A stretch of 58,570 bases of DNA. Source: Nitrospinota bacterium (GTDB lineage: Bacteria; Nitrospinota; Nitrospinia; Nitrospinales; VA-1). The translations under genes and the position numbers were made by a program. The stretch spans positions 1 through 58,570 of the forward strand of contig JACNKA010000118.1 in the NCBI GenBank assembly GCA_014382285.1, given 5' to 3'. Below, one piece after another: positions 1 through 9,129 of this stretch. Below the pieces are notes generated by a model that saw nothing but the letters and a program-made list of their open reading frames with translations, was not told where the DNA came from and did no database searches. The stretch's first letter is position 1. Each line of letters starts with the position of its first letter.

Positions 1-1905
1 TTTCCCGTCAAGTTTTACGGTCATGTGGAGTCCAGCCAAAATGCGCAAGGCGAAAAACAACATAAATGGGTCGAAACTCAAGATGTCATGGCCATGGCTT
101 ACGACATTCCTGTCCCCGGTTATAAAAATGATACGGTCAACAATCTCCGCCTATGGAGTGCCCGGTCCAGCCGGGAGTTGGAACTGGACTATTTTCAGGC
201 CGGTGATTATTTTCAAGCCGTGCAAAACAAACATGAAAGCGAAATAATTTCCAAAGTATTGTATCCGCAGGACCATAATCCATCAGGAAAAGAACTCCGG
301 TTCAAGCAGGAATATTTTTTTGTCTCTGCCTCACTCAGCGATATTATCCGGCGATATAAAAAACAGCATACAACCTTTGACGAGTTCAGCAACAAAGTTG
401 CCATCCAACTGAATGATACTCACCCCGCGCTATCCATTGCTGAGTTAATGCGCATTTTAATTGATATTGAAAAATTGCCCTGGGCTAAAGCCTGGAAAAT
501 AACGGTCAACACCTTCGCATTCACCAACCACACCATTCTTCCCGAAGCGATGGAAAAATGGTCCTTGGAGCTATTCAGTCGGGTTTTACCCCGGCATCTC
601 GACATCATTTTCCAGATCAACCAGGATTTCATGGATCAGGTGCAGAAACGTTATCCGGGTGACCTGGAAAAAATGACCAGAATGTCTCTCATTGAAGAGA
701 ACCATACAAAGTATATTCGCATGGCAAACCTTTCCATTATTGGTAGTCATTCCACCAACGGGGTAGCGAAACTGCATTCCAGCATCCTCAAGGAAAAAGT
801 GTTTTCCGACTTCCATGAAATGTTTCCCGACCGCTTTAACAATAAAACCAACGGCATCACTCCACGTCGCTGGTTGAAGGCCTGTAATCCTGACTTATCC
901 AACCTGATCACAGAGTATATTGGGGATTCATGGGTTCGGAATCTGTCAGATATAAAAAGCCTTCAAGAACATATTAATGACACCCAACTGATTGACCGCT
1001 GGAAAAAAATAAAAACCGCCAATAAAAAGCATCTAGCAAAATATATTCAGGAAACTTTGAGCCTCGAAATTGATCCGAATTCTCTGTTTGAAACACAGGT
1101 CAAACGGATTCATGAATATAAAAGGCAGGTTTTAAGTGTTCTCCACACCATTGCACTTTATAACCGCGTGCGTAGAGACCCAAAAAACTTTAATACACCA
1201 AGAACCGTCATGTTTTCCGGGAAAGCCGCTCCGGGTTATGCCATGGCAAAGCTGATCATTAAGTTCATCAATAATGTCGCAGAGACCATTAATACCGACC
1301 CAAGTTTGCTGGAAAAACTAAAGGTTGTTTTTTTGCCCAATTCCTCCGGGACCCTTGCGGAAAACATTATTCCCGCCGCAGACCTTTCCGTGCAAATTTC
1401 AACCGCAGGTATGGAAGCATCGGGAACCGGTAACATGAAACTGTCTCTCAATGGTGCACTGACCGTGGGGACACTCGATGGAGCAAACATTGAAATCATG
1501 GAGGAGGTGGGTGAGGAAAATATCTTCATCTTCGGCTTGAATGCCGATGAGGTCAGGCAAAAAAAGCAATCCGGTTATCAGCCCAGGGAAATTTATGAGC
1601 AGAACCTGGAGTTGCGAGAAGTTCTGGATATGATTCGGAAAGGCTTTTTCTTCGGCCCACAGCCCAATCTTTTTCAACCCATTCTGGAAGGTCTATTGGA
1701 TCAGGGTGATCCTTATATGGTTCTGGCAGATTTTCAATCGTTCTGTGACATCCAAGAAAAAATAGGCCATGCTTATTTAGATATCAACGCATGGACACGA
1801 AAAGCAATCATCAATGTATCGCGGATGGGAAAGTTTTCCAGCGACCGCTCTATCAAAGAATATGCAGAAAACATTTGGAACGTGCCCGTTAACCCACAAC
1901 GCTAA
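1..1905 (+). CDS. glgP: Glycogen/starch phosphorylase (5' end outside window)
   Basis: Frame is open from base 1 (FPVKFYGHVE...). Motifs QLNDTHP, FTNHT, NKTNGITPRRW, QVKRIHEYKRQ and the PLP-lysine motif EASGTGNMK. Confidence 0.97.
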   Translation, partial: FPVKFYGHVESSQNAQGEKQHKWVETQDVMAMAYDIPVPGYKNDTVNNLRLWSARSSRELELDYFQAGDYFQAVQNKHESEIISKVLYPQDHNPSGKELRFKQEYFFVSASLSDIIRRYKKQHTTFDEFSNKVAIQLNDTHPALSIAELMRILIDIEKLPWAKAWKITVNTFAFTNHTILPEAMEKWSLELFSRVLPRHLDIIFQINQDFMDQVQKRYPGDLEKMTRMSLIEENHTKYIRMANLSIIGSHSTNGVAKLHSSILKEKVFSDFHEMFPDRFNNKTNGITPRRWLKACNPDLSNLITEYIGDSWVRNLSDIKSLQEHINDTQLIDRWKKIKTANKKHLAKYIQETLSLEIDPNSLFETQVKRIHEYKRQVLSVLHTIALYNRVRRDPKNFNTPRTVMFSGKAAPGYAMAKLIIKFINNVAETINTDPSLLEKLKVVFLPNSSGTLAENIIPAADLSVQISTAGMEASGTGNMKLSLNGALTVGTLDGANIEIMEEVGEENIFIFGLNADEVRQKKQSGYQPREIYEQNLELREVLDMIRKGFFFGPQPNLFQPILEGLLDQGDPYMVLADFQSFCDIQEKIGHAYLDINAWTRKAIINVSRMGKFSSDRSIKEYAENIWNVPVNPQR

Positions 1906-1909
1906 GTAC

Positions 1910-3406
1910 TTACCCTCTGCCATAGGTTTTAGTCATATCAGCAAGTTTTTCCGCATCGCCAGCTGACCATTGCCCCGGAAGCAACCTCCACTCCCAATTA
2001 TTCTCAGCTATACCTGGACGGTTCATGCGAGCTTCAGAACCCAGCCCCAACACATCCTGCAACGGAAAAATAACCGTATCGGCAATTGATCGCATTGCCA
2101 GAACCAGCATTTCTTCACCCACTGTTTGTGAGTCCACCTTTTTTCCAAGAATATTTTCCAGGTTCATCATCGCTTCATCGCTCAATTCTTCCTCAAACCA
2201 TCCACGCACTGTATTACAATCATGCGTTCCGGTATACAGGAAACAGTTCTTCACATGATTATCCAGGGCGTAAGGGTTTTGCGAAATGTCACCATCGAAA
2301 GCAAAGAGCAAAATTTTCATTCCGGGAAACCCAAACTGAATCATAGCGTCTTTGACATCCTCGGTAATCACACCCAGGTCTTCAGCGACAACAGGAATAG
2401 ATTTAAATTCTTTTAATAGCCGACAAAAGAATTCAACCCCTGGACATTCCTGCCAACGGCCATTTTCAGCCGTTGCATCACTGGCAGGTATCTCCCAGGC
2501 CGCCAGAAAACCGCGAAAATGATCTATTCTCACCAGATCAAATAGTCTCAGACTATGTTTCATCCTCTCCAACCACCAGAGATAATCATTCTCGCGAAGA
2601 ACATCCCAGTCAAACACAGGATTCCCCCATCGTTGTCCCGTCTCACTGAAGTAGTCGGGAGGAACACCCGCAACGACGACAGGTTTCATATTGTGATCGA
2701 GCTTAAAAAACTCCGGGTGCGCCCATACGTCAGCACTATCTTCGTTGACATAAAGAGCGACATCGCCAAAAATACGAACCCCCTTATTGCGGCAATACTC
2801 TTGCAATTCTGTCCATTGTCGAAACAAAACAAACTGAAAATACTTTTCCTGTTCGACAAGTGCCCCCATCCTTGAAACATATTTTTCGACCGCATTTCTT
2901 ATCTTTATACCCTCCGGCCACTTACTCCATGAATGCCCACCAAAATGTTTTTTGAGCACAGAAAAAAGACAAAAATCTTCCAGCCAATAGGTGTTAGCAA
3001 AACAAAATTTTTCGAACTCATTTTTATCCACACGTCTGCTAAAACGAGTGTAACTTTTTTCCAGAAGGCTTATCTTGAAATTTAAAACAGAGGTGTATTG
3101 AACACGATGCGGAGAACATTCGAGATCAATCTCCAAATCATTCTCTTCCAGAAAACCATCACGAATCATAAATTCGGGGCTAACAAACAAAGGACTGATC
3201 GCAAATGCCGAGGTGCAGCTATAAGGCGAATTACCAAATGACGTAGGGTTTATCGGAAGAATTTGCCAAAGGGCCTGGCCTGCTTGTTTTAACAAATCGA
3301 CAAACTCAAATGCGGAGGGGCCAAAGTCGCCCACTCCATATTTTGAGGGCAGAGATGTAATATGAAGAAGAATTCCACTGCATCGAGACTCATGATTATG
3401 CGACAT
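1910..3406 (-). CDS. malQ: 4-alpha-glucanotransferase (amylomaltase, GH77)
   Basis: GILLHITSLP N-terminus, WQILP, SPY, GVPPDYFSETGQRWGNP, RIDHFRGF, AEDLG, YTGTHD. Confidence 0.96.
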   Translation of the reverse strand: MSHNHESRCSGILLHITSLPSKYGVGDFGPSAFEFVDLLKQAGQALWQILPINPTSFGNSPYSCTSAFAISPLFVSPEFMIRDGFLEENDLEIDLECSPHRVQYTSVLNFKISLLEKSYTRFSRRVDKNEFEKFCFANTYWLEDFCLFSVLKKHFGGHSWSKWPEGIKIRNAVEKYVSRMGALVEQEKYFQFVLFRQWTELQEYCRNKGVRIFGDVALYVNEDSADVWAHPEFFKLDHNMKPVVVAGVPPDYFSETGQRWGNPVFDWDVLRENDYLWWLERMKHSLRLFDLVRIDHFRGFLAAWEIPASDATAENGRWQECPGVEFFCRLLKEFKSIPVVAEDLGVITEDVKDAMIQFGFPGMKILLFAFDGDISQNPYALDNHVKNCFLYTGTHDCNTVRGWFEEELSDEAMMNLENILGKKVDSQTVGEEMLVLAMRSIADTVIFPLQDVLGLGSEARMNRPGIAENNWEWRLLPGQWSAGDAEKLADMTKTYGRG

Positions 3407-3450
3407 ATATATACTTATGAGCTTAGTGTTTAATTAAGGAACCTATGGAT

Positions 3451-4929
3451 TCAGACCGGGAAGTCGATCGTGGCTATTTTAACTACGTTTTGATAAATCT
3501 GTGCACCATTTCCCTTTTCAGGAACATTACTCTTCGCCAGTTCCAGCAACTTTAGAAAATCAGGCTCCAACGAAACCCCAGAAAGTTCTTCAGCGAGTTG
3601 AATGGCTCTTCCTGCGTATAATAAAATCTGTTCCGTTTCGATCCCTGATATATCGTTAAAAAACCACCCGCAACTGGTGTACATGAGCATGGAGTGGCGT
3701 TGAAGCTCCAAAAGATTGTGAGCAACAACTTTCTCAGATTCTTTCAAACCGCTTCGGGATTGCTCGGATAGAAAAACATCTCTATCACACTGGCTCAAAA
3801 GAATACAAATATAACGGTTCCTCGCCTCCCAGGGGTCTTCAAAATATTTCGTGCCGAGGTCCGCATAAATAGAATCCACTCTGCATTGCAACCAATCCAG
3901 CGCGTGCCTAAGAGGAGCTCTCCAATGCTGGTTCCACTCTGGATGACCGCCCGTGTGGCATCCACAATTAATACTCCAGCGCGCGACCCCATGCGCACAA
4001 CTCCATGAAGTCCTTTCTTTTATTTCAATCTCCTGTTCAGGAGGAAATTTCTCTAAATATTCCGCATAATTGGTCAACTGCGTATCTACCTGGTCATCAA
4101 TATATCGCAGGGCAAAAGCCAAGGCCATATCGCCAAACTTATGATGATGTCCATAGGTTTCTCCGTCCGTGGCTATACTGAGCAAATGAGGCTCGTCACG
4201 CATGTCAGTCTGAATTAATTTTTCAGCAAAGGATTTTCCATCCCGCAAAAGATTTTCAAACGCCAGGGATTGAGACAAGAGCCCATTGTAGAAAAAAATA
4301 TCAATACTTTTACCCGCATGCAGTCTTACCTTATAAGGGTGGTAAATATCTAACGGTCCTGACTCCTCTGCATGAACTAATAGTTTTCCGGCCTGATGAG
4401 GGGCTAAAATCGTAAATCGAATTCCCAAGTCAGCCATTAACTGGAGAGTTTCTAAATCCACCGCCGTTTCCGGGAGCCACATTCCCTCAGGAAAACGCTT
4501 AAAGCGAAATTCAAAATCCCGGATTCCCCAATAAACCTGAGTGTATTTATCTCGCGAATTGGCCAAAGGCATGATCATATGTGAGTAGCATTGCGCTATC
4601 GCGGAACCATGCCCTGAAAATAATTTTTGACTAATTTTATCGGCTTCTAAAACCAACTGGTAAGTATCTGGAGCCTTAGACTCCATCCAGCTTAATAAGG
4701 TAGGACCAAAGTCAAAACTCATTCTGGAATAATTATTAACTATTTCGGAAACGTTGCCCTTTCCATCAAGTATTCGAGCCTGGGTGTTGGGGGCATAACA
4801 CTCGGCGTTAATACGTTCATTCCAGTCATGGAAAGGGTATGCCGAGTGCTGATAGGTGATAGCCTTCAACCATGGGTTTTCCCTGGGGGGCTGATAAAAA
4901 TGCCCGTGTACACAAACAAATCTGCTCAT
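3451..4929 (-). CDS. GH57-family glycoside hydrolase (DUF3536-associated type), short form
   Basis: HGHFYQPPRENPW, WNERINAECY, GMWLPETAVD, ATDGETYGHH, SWSCAHGVARW, MYTSCGWFF; located between glgB and malQ. Confidence 0.85.
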   Translation of the reverse strand: MSRFVCVHGHFYQPPRENPWLKAITYQHSAYPFHDWNERINAECYAPNTQARILDGKGNVSEIVNNYSRMSFDFGPTLLSWMESKAPDTYQLVLEADKISQKLFSGHGSAIAQCYSHMIMPLANSRDKYTQVYWGIRDFEFRFKRFPEGMWLPETAVDLETLQLMADLGIRFTILAPHQAGKLLVHAEESGPLDIYHPYKVRLHAGKSIDIFFYNGLLSQSLAFENLLRDGKSFAEKLIQTDMRDEPHLLSIATDGETYGHHHKFGDMALAFALRYIDDQVDTQLTNYAEYLEKFPPEQEIEIKERTSWSCAHGVARWSINCGCHTGGHPEWNQHWRAPLRHALDWLQCRVDSIYADLGTKYFEDPWEARNRYICILLSQCDRDVFLSEQSRSGLKESEKVVAHNLLELQRHSMLMYTSCGWFFNDISGIETEQILLYAGRAIQLAEELSGVSLEPDFLKLLELAKSNVPEKGNGAQIYQNVVKIATIDFPV

Positions 4930-4978
4930 AAATTCAGAATCTGTTATTTATTTTCCATAGAAAATAAAATATTAATTA

Positions 4979-6919
4979 TTAGCATTTTAAAAAGATAGCC
5001 GCAAGAGGAGGCAAAACCAGACTGATAGAACAAGGTTGCCCGTGCCAGCTCATCGGTACGCTTTGCACCGGCTGTGGATTACCGACCCCTCCTCCGCCAA
5101 ATTCTTCGGCATCGCTGTTAAGAATTTCCTTCCAAGCTCCTTCGCAAGGAACCCCAACCCGATAATCAAACCTTGGAACCGGGGTAAAGTTTAAGGCCAC
5201 GATAATTTTTTCAACAGGATCAATCCCCTTCCGCATTAAAATGAGAGCGCATTGTTGAGAGTCACTGCAATCAATCCATTCAAACCCTTCAGGAGAAAAC
5301 TCATTTTCAAAAAGAGCTGGCTCATTATTATAAAGATGGTTGAGGCTTTTGAACCAAAGTTGCAGTCCTTTATGGTTTGGGTATTGCAAGAGATGCCAGT
5401 CAAGACTCTTGTCATGATTCCATTCTGCCCACTGCCCAAACTCTCCGCCCATGAAGAGAAGTTTTTTCCCCGGCAGGGCAAACATATTGCCGAATAACAA
5501 TCTCAAGTTGGCAAATTTTTGCCAGTCATCCCCCGGCATACGAGCTATCAAGGAACCCTTGCCGTGAACCACTTCATCATGAGATAGGGGTAAAATAAAA
5601 TTTTCATGATAGGCATACAACATACGGAAGGTTAAGCGATCGTGGTGAAATTTCCTGTGAACAGGATCTTTTTTCATATACTCCAGCGTATCGTGCATCC
5701 AGCCCATGTCCCACTTCATTCCGAAACCCAGGCCACCCACATAAGTGGGTTTTGAAACCATGGGCCAGTCAGTTGACTCCTCAGCCATGGTCTGGGCATG
5801 AGGATGTTTGTCATAGACCTGTTCATTAAATTTCCGCAAAAAACCAATGGCCTCCAGGTTTTCCCGACCTCCATGAATATTGGGAATCCATTCCCCCTCT
5901 TTTCTTGAGTAGTCCAGATAGAGCATGGACGCTACGGCATCAACCCTCAAGCCATCAATGTGAAACACGTCCAACCAATAAAGCGCGTTGCTGATAAGAA
6001 AACTAGCTATCTCATTCCGGCCATAATTAAAAATATGCGATCCCCAGTCTGGATGAAAACCCTGTCGCGCATCGGCATGTTCATAGATATGGGTGCCATC
6101 AAACAAGCCCAAAGCAAATTCATCGACAGCAAAATGGGAGGGTACCCAGTCCAGTATCACCCCAATATTATTCTGGTGGAGGTGATCCACAAGATACATA
6201 AACTCCTGTGGCGTTCCGTAACGACTTGTTGGGGCAAAATATCCCGTACACTGGTAACCCCATGATGCATAATAGGGATGCTCCATAACAGGAAGAAACT
6301 CTACATGAGTGAACTCCATCTCTCTGAGGTACTCCGTTAAAAGCGGAGCCAACTCAAGATAGGAGAGTGGAGAATCACCCTCCGTACGCATCCAGGACCC
6401 AATATGCATTTCATAAATGGAAACAGGTCTATTATGCAAGTTATGTCTCTTGCGCCCCTGCCCCATCCAGTCTTGATCCTTCCAGGAGTAATCCAGATCC
6501 CAGACAATGCTCCCGCTCTTAGGCGGTGTTTCGCAGAACAGCGCAAAAGGGTCGGCCTTCTCAACCTGGTATCCATTATTGCGGGATTGAATATAGTACT
6601 TATAGATATTGCCCTTCTCAACTCCGGAAAAGAATCCCTCCCATATCCCAGACTCTTGTTTAGGGCGCAAGGGATGTTTTCCCTTCTGCCAACCATTGAA
6701 GTCGCCCACCACATCGACATGTTCCGCGTTGGGAGCCCAGACCGAAAAATAAGTCCCAGACACTCCATCCACCTCAACCCTGTGGGCCCCCATCTTTTCA
6801 TAAAGACAAAAATGATTTCCCTCATTGAAAAGATGAAGGTCATCATTCGTCAAAAGAGAAAAGGATGCGACCTTCTCATCTTCATTTTTTTTGGGCATTT
6901 TGGGTACGCTTCGAGTCAT
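4979..6919 (-). CDS. glgB: 1,4-alpha-glucan branching enzyme
   Basis: FSVWAPNA, IYEMHIGSW, SWGYQ, LDWVPSHF, GLRVDAVASMLYLDYSR, AEEST, LSHDEVVHGKGSL. Confidence 0.97.
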   Translation of the reverse strand: MTRSVPKMPKKNEDEKVASFSLLTNDDLHLFNEGNHFCLYEKMGAHRVEVDGVSGTYFSVWAPNAEHVDVVGDFNGWQKGKHPLRPKQESGIWEGFFSGVEKGNIYKYYIQSRNNGYQVEKADPFALFCETPPKSGSIVWDLDYSWKDQDWMGQGRKRHNLHNRPVSIYEMHIGSWMRTEGDSPLSYLELAPLLTEYLREMEFTHVEFLPVMEHPYYASWGYQCTGYFAPTSRYGTPQEFMYLVDHLHQNNIGVILDWVPSHFAVDEFALGLFDGTHIYEHADARQGFHPDWGSHIFNYGRNEIASFLISNALYWLDVFHIDGLRVDAVASMLYLDYSRKEGEWIPNIHGGRENLEAIGFLRKFNEQVYDKHPHAQTMAEESTDWPMVSKPTYVGGLGFGMKWDMGWMHDTLEYMKKDPVHRKFHHDRLTFRMLYAYHENFILPLSHDEVVHGKGSLIARMPGDDWQKFANLRLLFGNMFALPGKKLLFMGGEFGQWAEWNHDKSLDWHLLQYPNHKGLQLWFKSLNHLYNNEPALFENEFSPEGFEWIDCSDSQQCALILMRKGIDPVEKIIVALNFTPVPRFDYRVGVPCEGAWKEILNSDAEEFGGGGVGNPQPVQSVPMSWHGQPCSISLVLPPLAAIFLKC

Positions 6920-7000
6920 ATTTTCGGTTAATATGAGTATTAAAGATTCTACACATATCTTTAAAAGTTCAGCCTCATCATAGCATCTGGATGGGTTTTC

Positions 7001-7030
7001 TAAAAAACCTTTAAAATGCCTTGCCGATAA
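7001..7030 (+). promoter_or_regulatory. Possible sigma28 (FliA)-type promoter
   Basis: Perfect -10 GCCGATAA at 7023-7030, 40 nt before ATG 7071. The -35 (TAAAAAAC at 7001) is imperfectly spaced. Confidence 0.3.
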
Positions 7031-7070
7031 GTTTTAAGCAGGGTGATCAATGCGGTTCCAAGGTAGCACC

Positions 7071-7439
7071 ATGAACGATAAAGACGATCCCCAAAAATCT
7101 CTGGATTTCGCCCGCCGTCAGTTGAAAGGGGGCATCGACGATTTGGATGCCGACACCCGCGAAAAATTGCTGCAACTACGGCATCGGGCTATGGAATCCT
7201 CTCTGGAAGGAGAAAATCGTTTCCCCGACTGGGCCACCCTGCCCATAATAGCATTCGTGACGGCAGTGATTTTCATTTCACTGGTCTATATTAAACCCAA
7301 CCCAGCACCCCCTATCAACGAATTTTACGAGGACTGGGAAATCCTGCTAGCCAATGACCCGCTTGAATTTTACGAAAACCTGGAGTTTCTCCAGAAATGG
7401 AAGGAAGAAAGTATTGCGCGTGAGAAAGAAAGCAATTGA
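7071..7439 (+). CDS. DUF3619-like single-pass membrane protein (putative anti-sigma type)
   Basis: LDADTREKLLQLRHRAM segment, one TM helix and a C-terminal LLANDPLEFYENLEF motif typical of the family. ATG 7071 follows AAGGTAG; alternative start at 7050. Confidence 0.6.
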   Translation: MNDKDDPQKSLDFARRQLKGGIDDLDADTREKLLQLRHRAMESSLEGENRFPDWATLPIIAFVTAVIFISLVYIKPNPAPPINEFYEDWEILLANDPLEFYENLEFLQKWKEESIAREKESN

Positions 7440-7803
7440 TATAGTTTTTTTTCTGGCTGTGCTGATATTTTCAGTAAGCCCGGGCATGGGGCAGGAAAAC
7501 AGCCTGCAGTGGGAGGCAATGGACTCTGAAGAAAAACAAATTCTGGCCCCCCTTCAGGGTAAATGGAATGAATTTTCATCGGCAAAACAAAACCGCTTAA
7601 ACCACGGGGCGAAAACTTGGAACGCATTGAGTCTGGAACAAAAAAAGATCTTCAAACAAAAACTCCAGGCCTGGAAACAAAAAACCCCAGACGAAAAAAA
7701 TTATCTTCGCAAACAGTTCGGGCGTTTTCAAAATCTACCCGAGATCGAAAAGCAATCCCTACGTAAAGCTTATAACGCGCAGAGGCATATTAAGCCGAGA
7801 TAA
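7420..7803 (+). CDS. DUF3106-like exported helical-repeat protein
   Basis: GTG at 7420 gives a signal peptide (VRKKAIDIVFFLAVLIFSVSPGMG) followed by W-x-x-(M/L/F)-(S/D/T)-x-E-type repeats (WEAMDSEEK, WNEFSSAKQ, WNALSLEQK, WKQKTPDEK). Overlaps the upstream gene. Confidence 0.6.
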   Translation: MRKKAIDIVFFLAVLIFSVSPGMGQENSLQWEAMDSEEKQILAPLQGKWNEFSSAKQNRLNHGAKTWNALSLEQKKIFKQKLQAWKQKTPDEKNYLRKQFGRFQNLPEIEKQSLRKAYNAQRHIKPR

Positions 7804-7862
7804 CTCCTTGCTCGTCAAACCAGACTATTGAGGTAATAGTTAAAGGATCGGGTCACAATACT

Positions 7863-8681
7863 TTAACGTGGCAAGTTTCTTCTTTCAATCGGAGCATCGA
7901 ATTTTTTCTCACAATGAGGGCACTGTAAGGGTCGACTTTTCTGTTTTTGCAGTTCTTCAACAAAACCGTATGCGATGATGCCAACAGGCAAACCAAAAGT
8001 TCCCAAACCCAGCATAGAAATAAAACCACCAAAAATTTTCCCCAGAGTAGTGATGGGATAAACATCGCCATAACCCACCGTCGTCATGGTAGAGACAGCC
8101 CACCACATCGCCGCAGGAATGCTCGAAAAAGATTCTGGTTGGGATTTATTCTCGATAAAATAAATAACCCCTGAGGCGAAAACCAGCATTCCCATTGTTA
8201 CCGCCAAGACGATGAGTAGCTCCTGTTTCGTATCTCGCAATACCGCTTTAAAAAGATGCAGGGATTGGGAATACCGCGCCATTTTGAACAAGGTAAAAAG
8301 TCGGAATAAACGCAGCACCCGAAGAAATCGCAAATCCAGATCAAAAAAGAATGGCAGATAAAAAGGAATCACCACCATCAGGTCGATGATCGCGGCAGGC
8401 GTGAGCATGTATCGAATCCGCCCTATAACCGGACGGCTGTATTCCGGCTTCAACGTGCAAGTCCAAACACGCAAAACATATTCAAGGGAAAACACCGCTA
8501 TGGAAAACCACTCAAAGACCTTGAGCGACCCGGAATACTGTTCAGAAATATCCTGAATGGTCTCTACGGAAACCGCAAAGATATTGAGAACAATCAGGGA
8601 AATAATAAAAACATTAAAACCACGACTCAGGAAATCGCTTTTAGACTCCGGCTCAAGAATTTCGCCAATCCTTTGCTTCAT
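7863..8681 (-). CDS. Voltage-gated potassium channel (ion transporter)
   Basis: Six TM segments, S4-like LRFLRVLRLFRLF, selectivity filter TTVGYGD, C-terminal CPHC. Confidence 0.93.
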   Translation of the reverse strand: MKQRIGEILEPESKSDFLSRGFNVFIISLIVLNIFAVSVETIQDISEQYSGSLKVFEWFSIAVFSLEYVLRVWTCTLKPEYSRPVIGRIRYMLTPAAIIDLMVVIPFYLPFFFDLDLRFLRVLRLFRLFTLFKMARYSQSLHLFKAVLRDTKQELLIVLAVTMGMLVFASGVIYFIENKSQPESFSSIPAAMWWAVSTMTTVGYGDVYPITTLGKIFGGFISMLGLGTFGLPVGIIAYGFVEELQKQKSRPLQCPHCEKKFDAPIERRNLPR

Positions 8682-8894
8682 GGGCTATTTCCTTTCAATG
8701 AGGTGGGCTTCAATCTCATCACGATATATTTATAATCATGGCACCTTATGTATTTGAAATTAATAGACAATATATTGACACAAGCCGAGGGGCTAACCCT
8801 ATTCGTCAGTCAAGTGCCTCACAGCAAAAGTTGTCGATCAGTCTAATCACATTATTTAAAAAGACTTATAATAATTGCTCGCAGTAGTTAAAGT

Positions 8895-8911
8895 TTGGCA
8901 TAAAACTTGCC
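8895..8911 (+). promoter_or_regulatory. sigma54 (RpoN) -24/-12 promoter candidate
   Basis: TTGGCATAAAACTTGCC matches TGGCAC-N5-TTGC with exact GG-N10-GC spacing. Confidence 0.6.
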
Positions 8912-8967
8912 GTAAAGGAGTATAAATGAAGGATAATTCTGCTTCTATTACAGGAAGGTAATCGAAC

Positions 8968-9093
8968 ATGGAAAAGGTTAAAGTTGCATATCCCGTCACT
9001 GAAAGTGCTACGGACTCGTTTGTATTCAAAAGTATTGTCGCCTCTTTAGCAGGAGCCTCTATTCCCGCAGTCATTTTCTATTTTTTGATGTAA
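8968..9093 (+). CDS. 41-aa small membrane protein (not in ORF track): MEKVKVAYPVTESATDSFVFKSIVASLAGASIPAVIFYFLM
   Basis: AGGAAGG Shine-Dalgarno at 8952-8958, ATG 8968, TAA 9091-9093, hydrophobic C-terminal helix, downstream of a sigma54-like promoter. Confidence 0.55.
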   Translation: MEKVKVAYPVTESATDSFVFKSIVASLAGASIPAVIFYFLM

Positions 9094-9129
9094 AGAGCGG
9101 TTGAAATCAACCTGTTGTTACAACAAGAT

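Noticed and set aside
8926-8961. 11-codon ORF MKDNSASITGR* with a strong AAAGGAG SD just upstream of the 41-aa ORF
   Set aside because: If the sigma54 promoter is real (TSS near 8922), this SD would not be transcribed. There are no attenuator-like codons. It remains possible only if another upstream promoter exists.
8856-9074. 72-aa minus-strand ORF in the track
   Set aside because: It is antisense to the better-supported + strand small ORF, which has an SD, promoter and TM helix.
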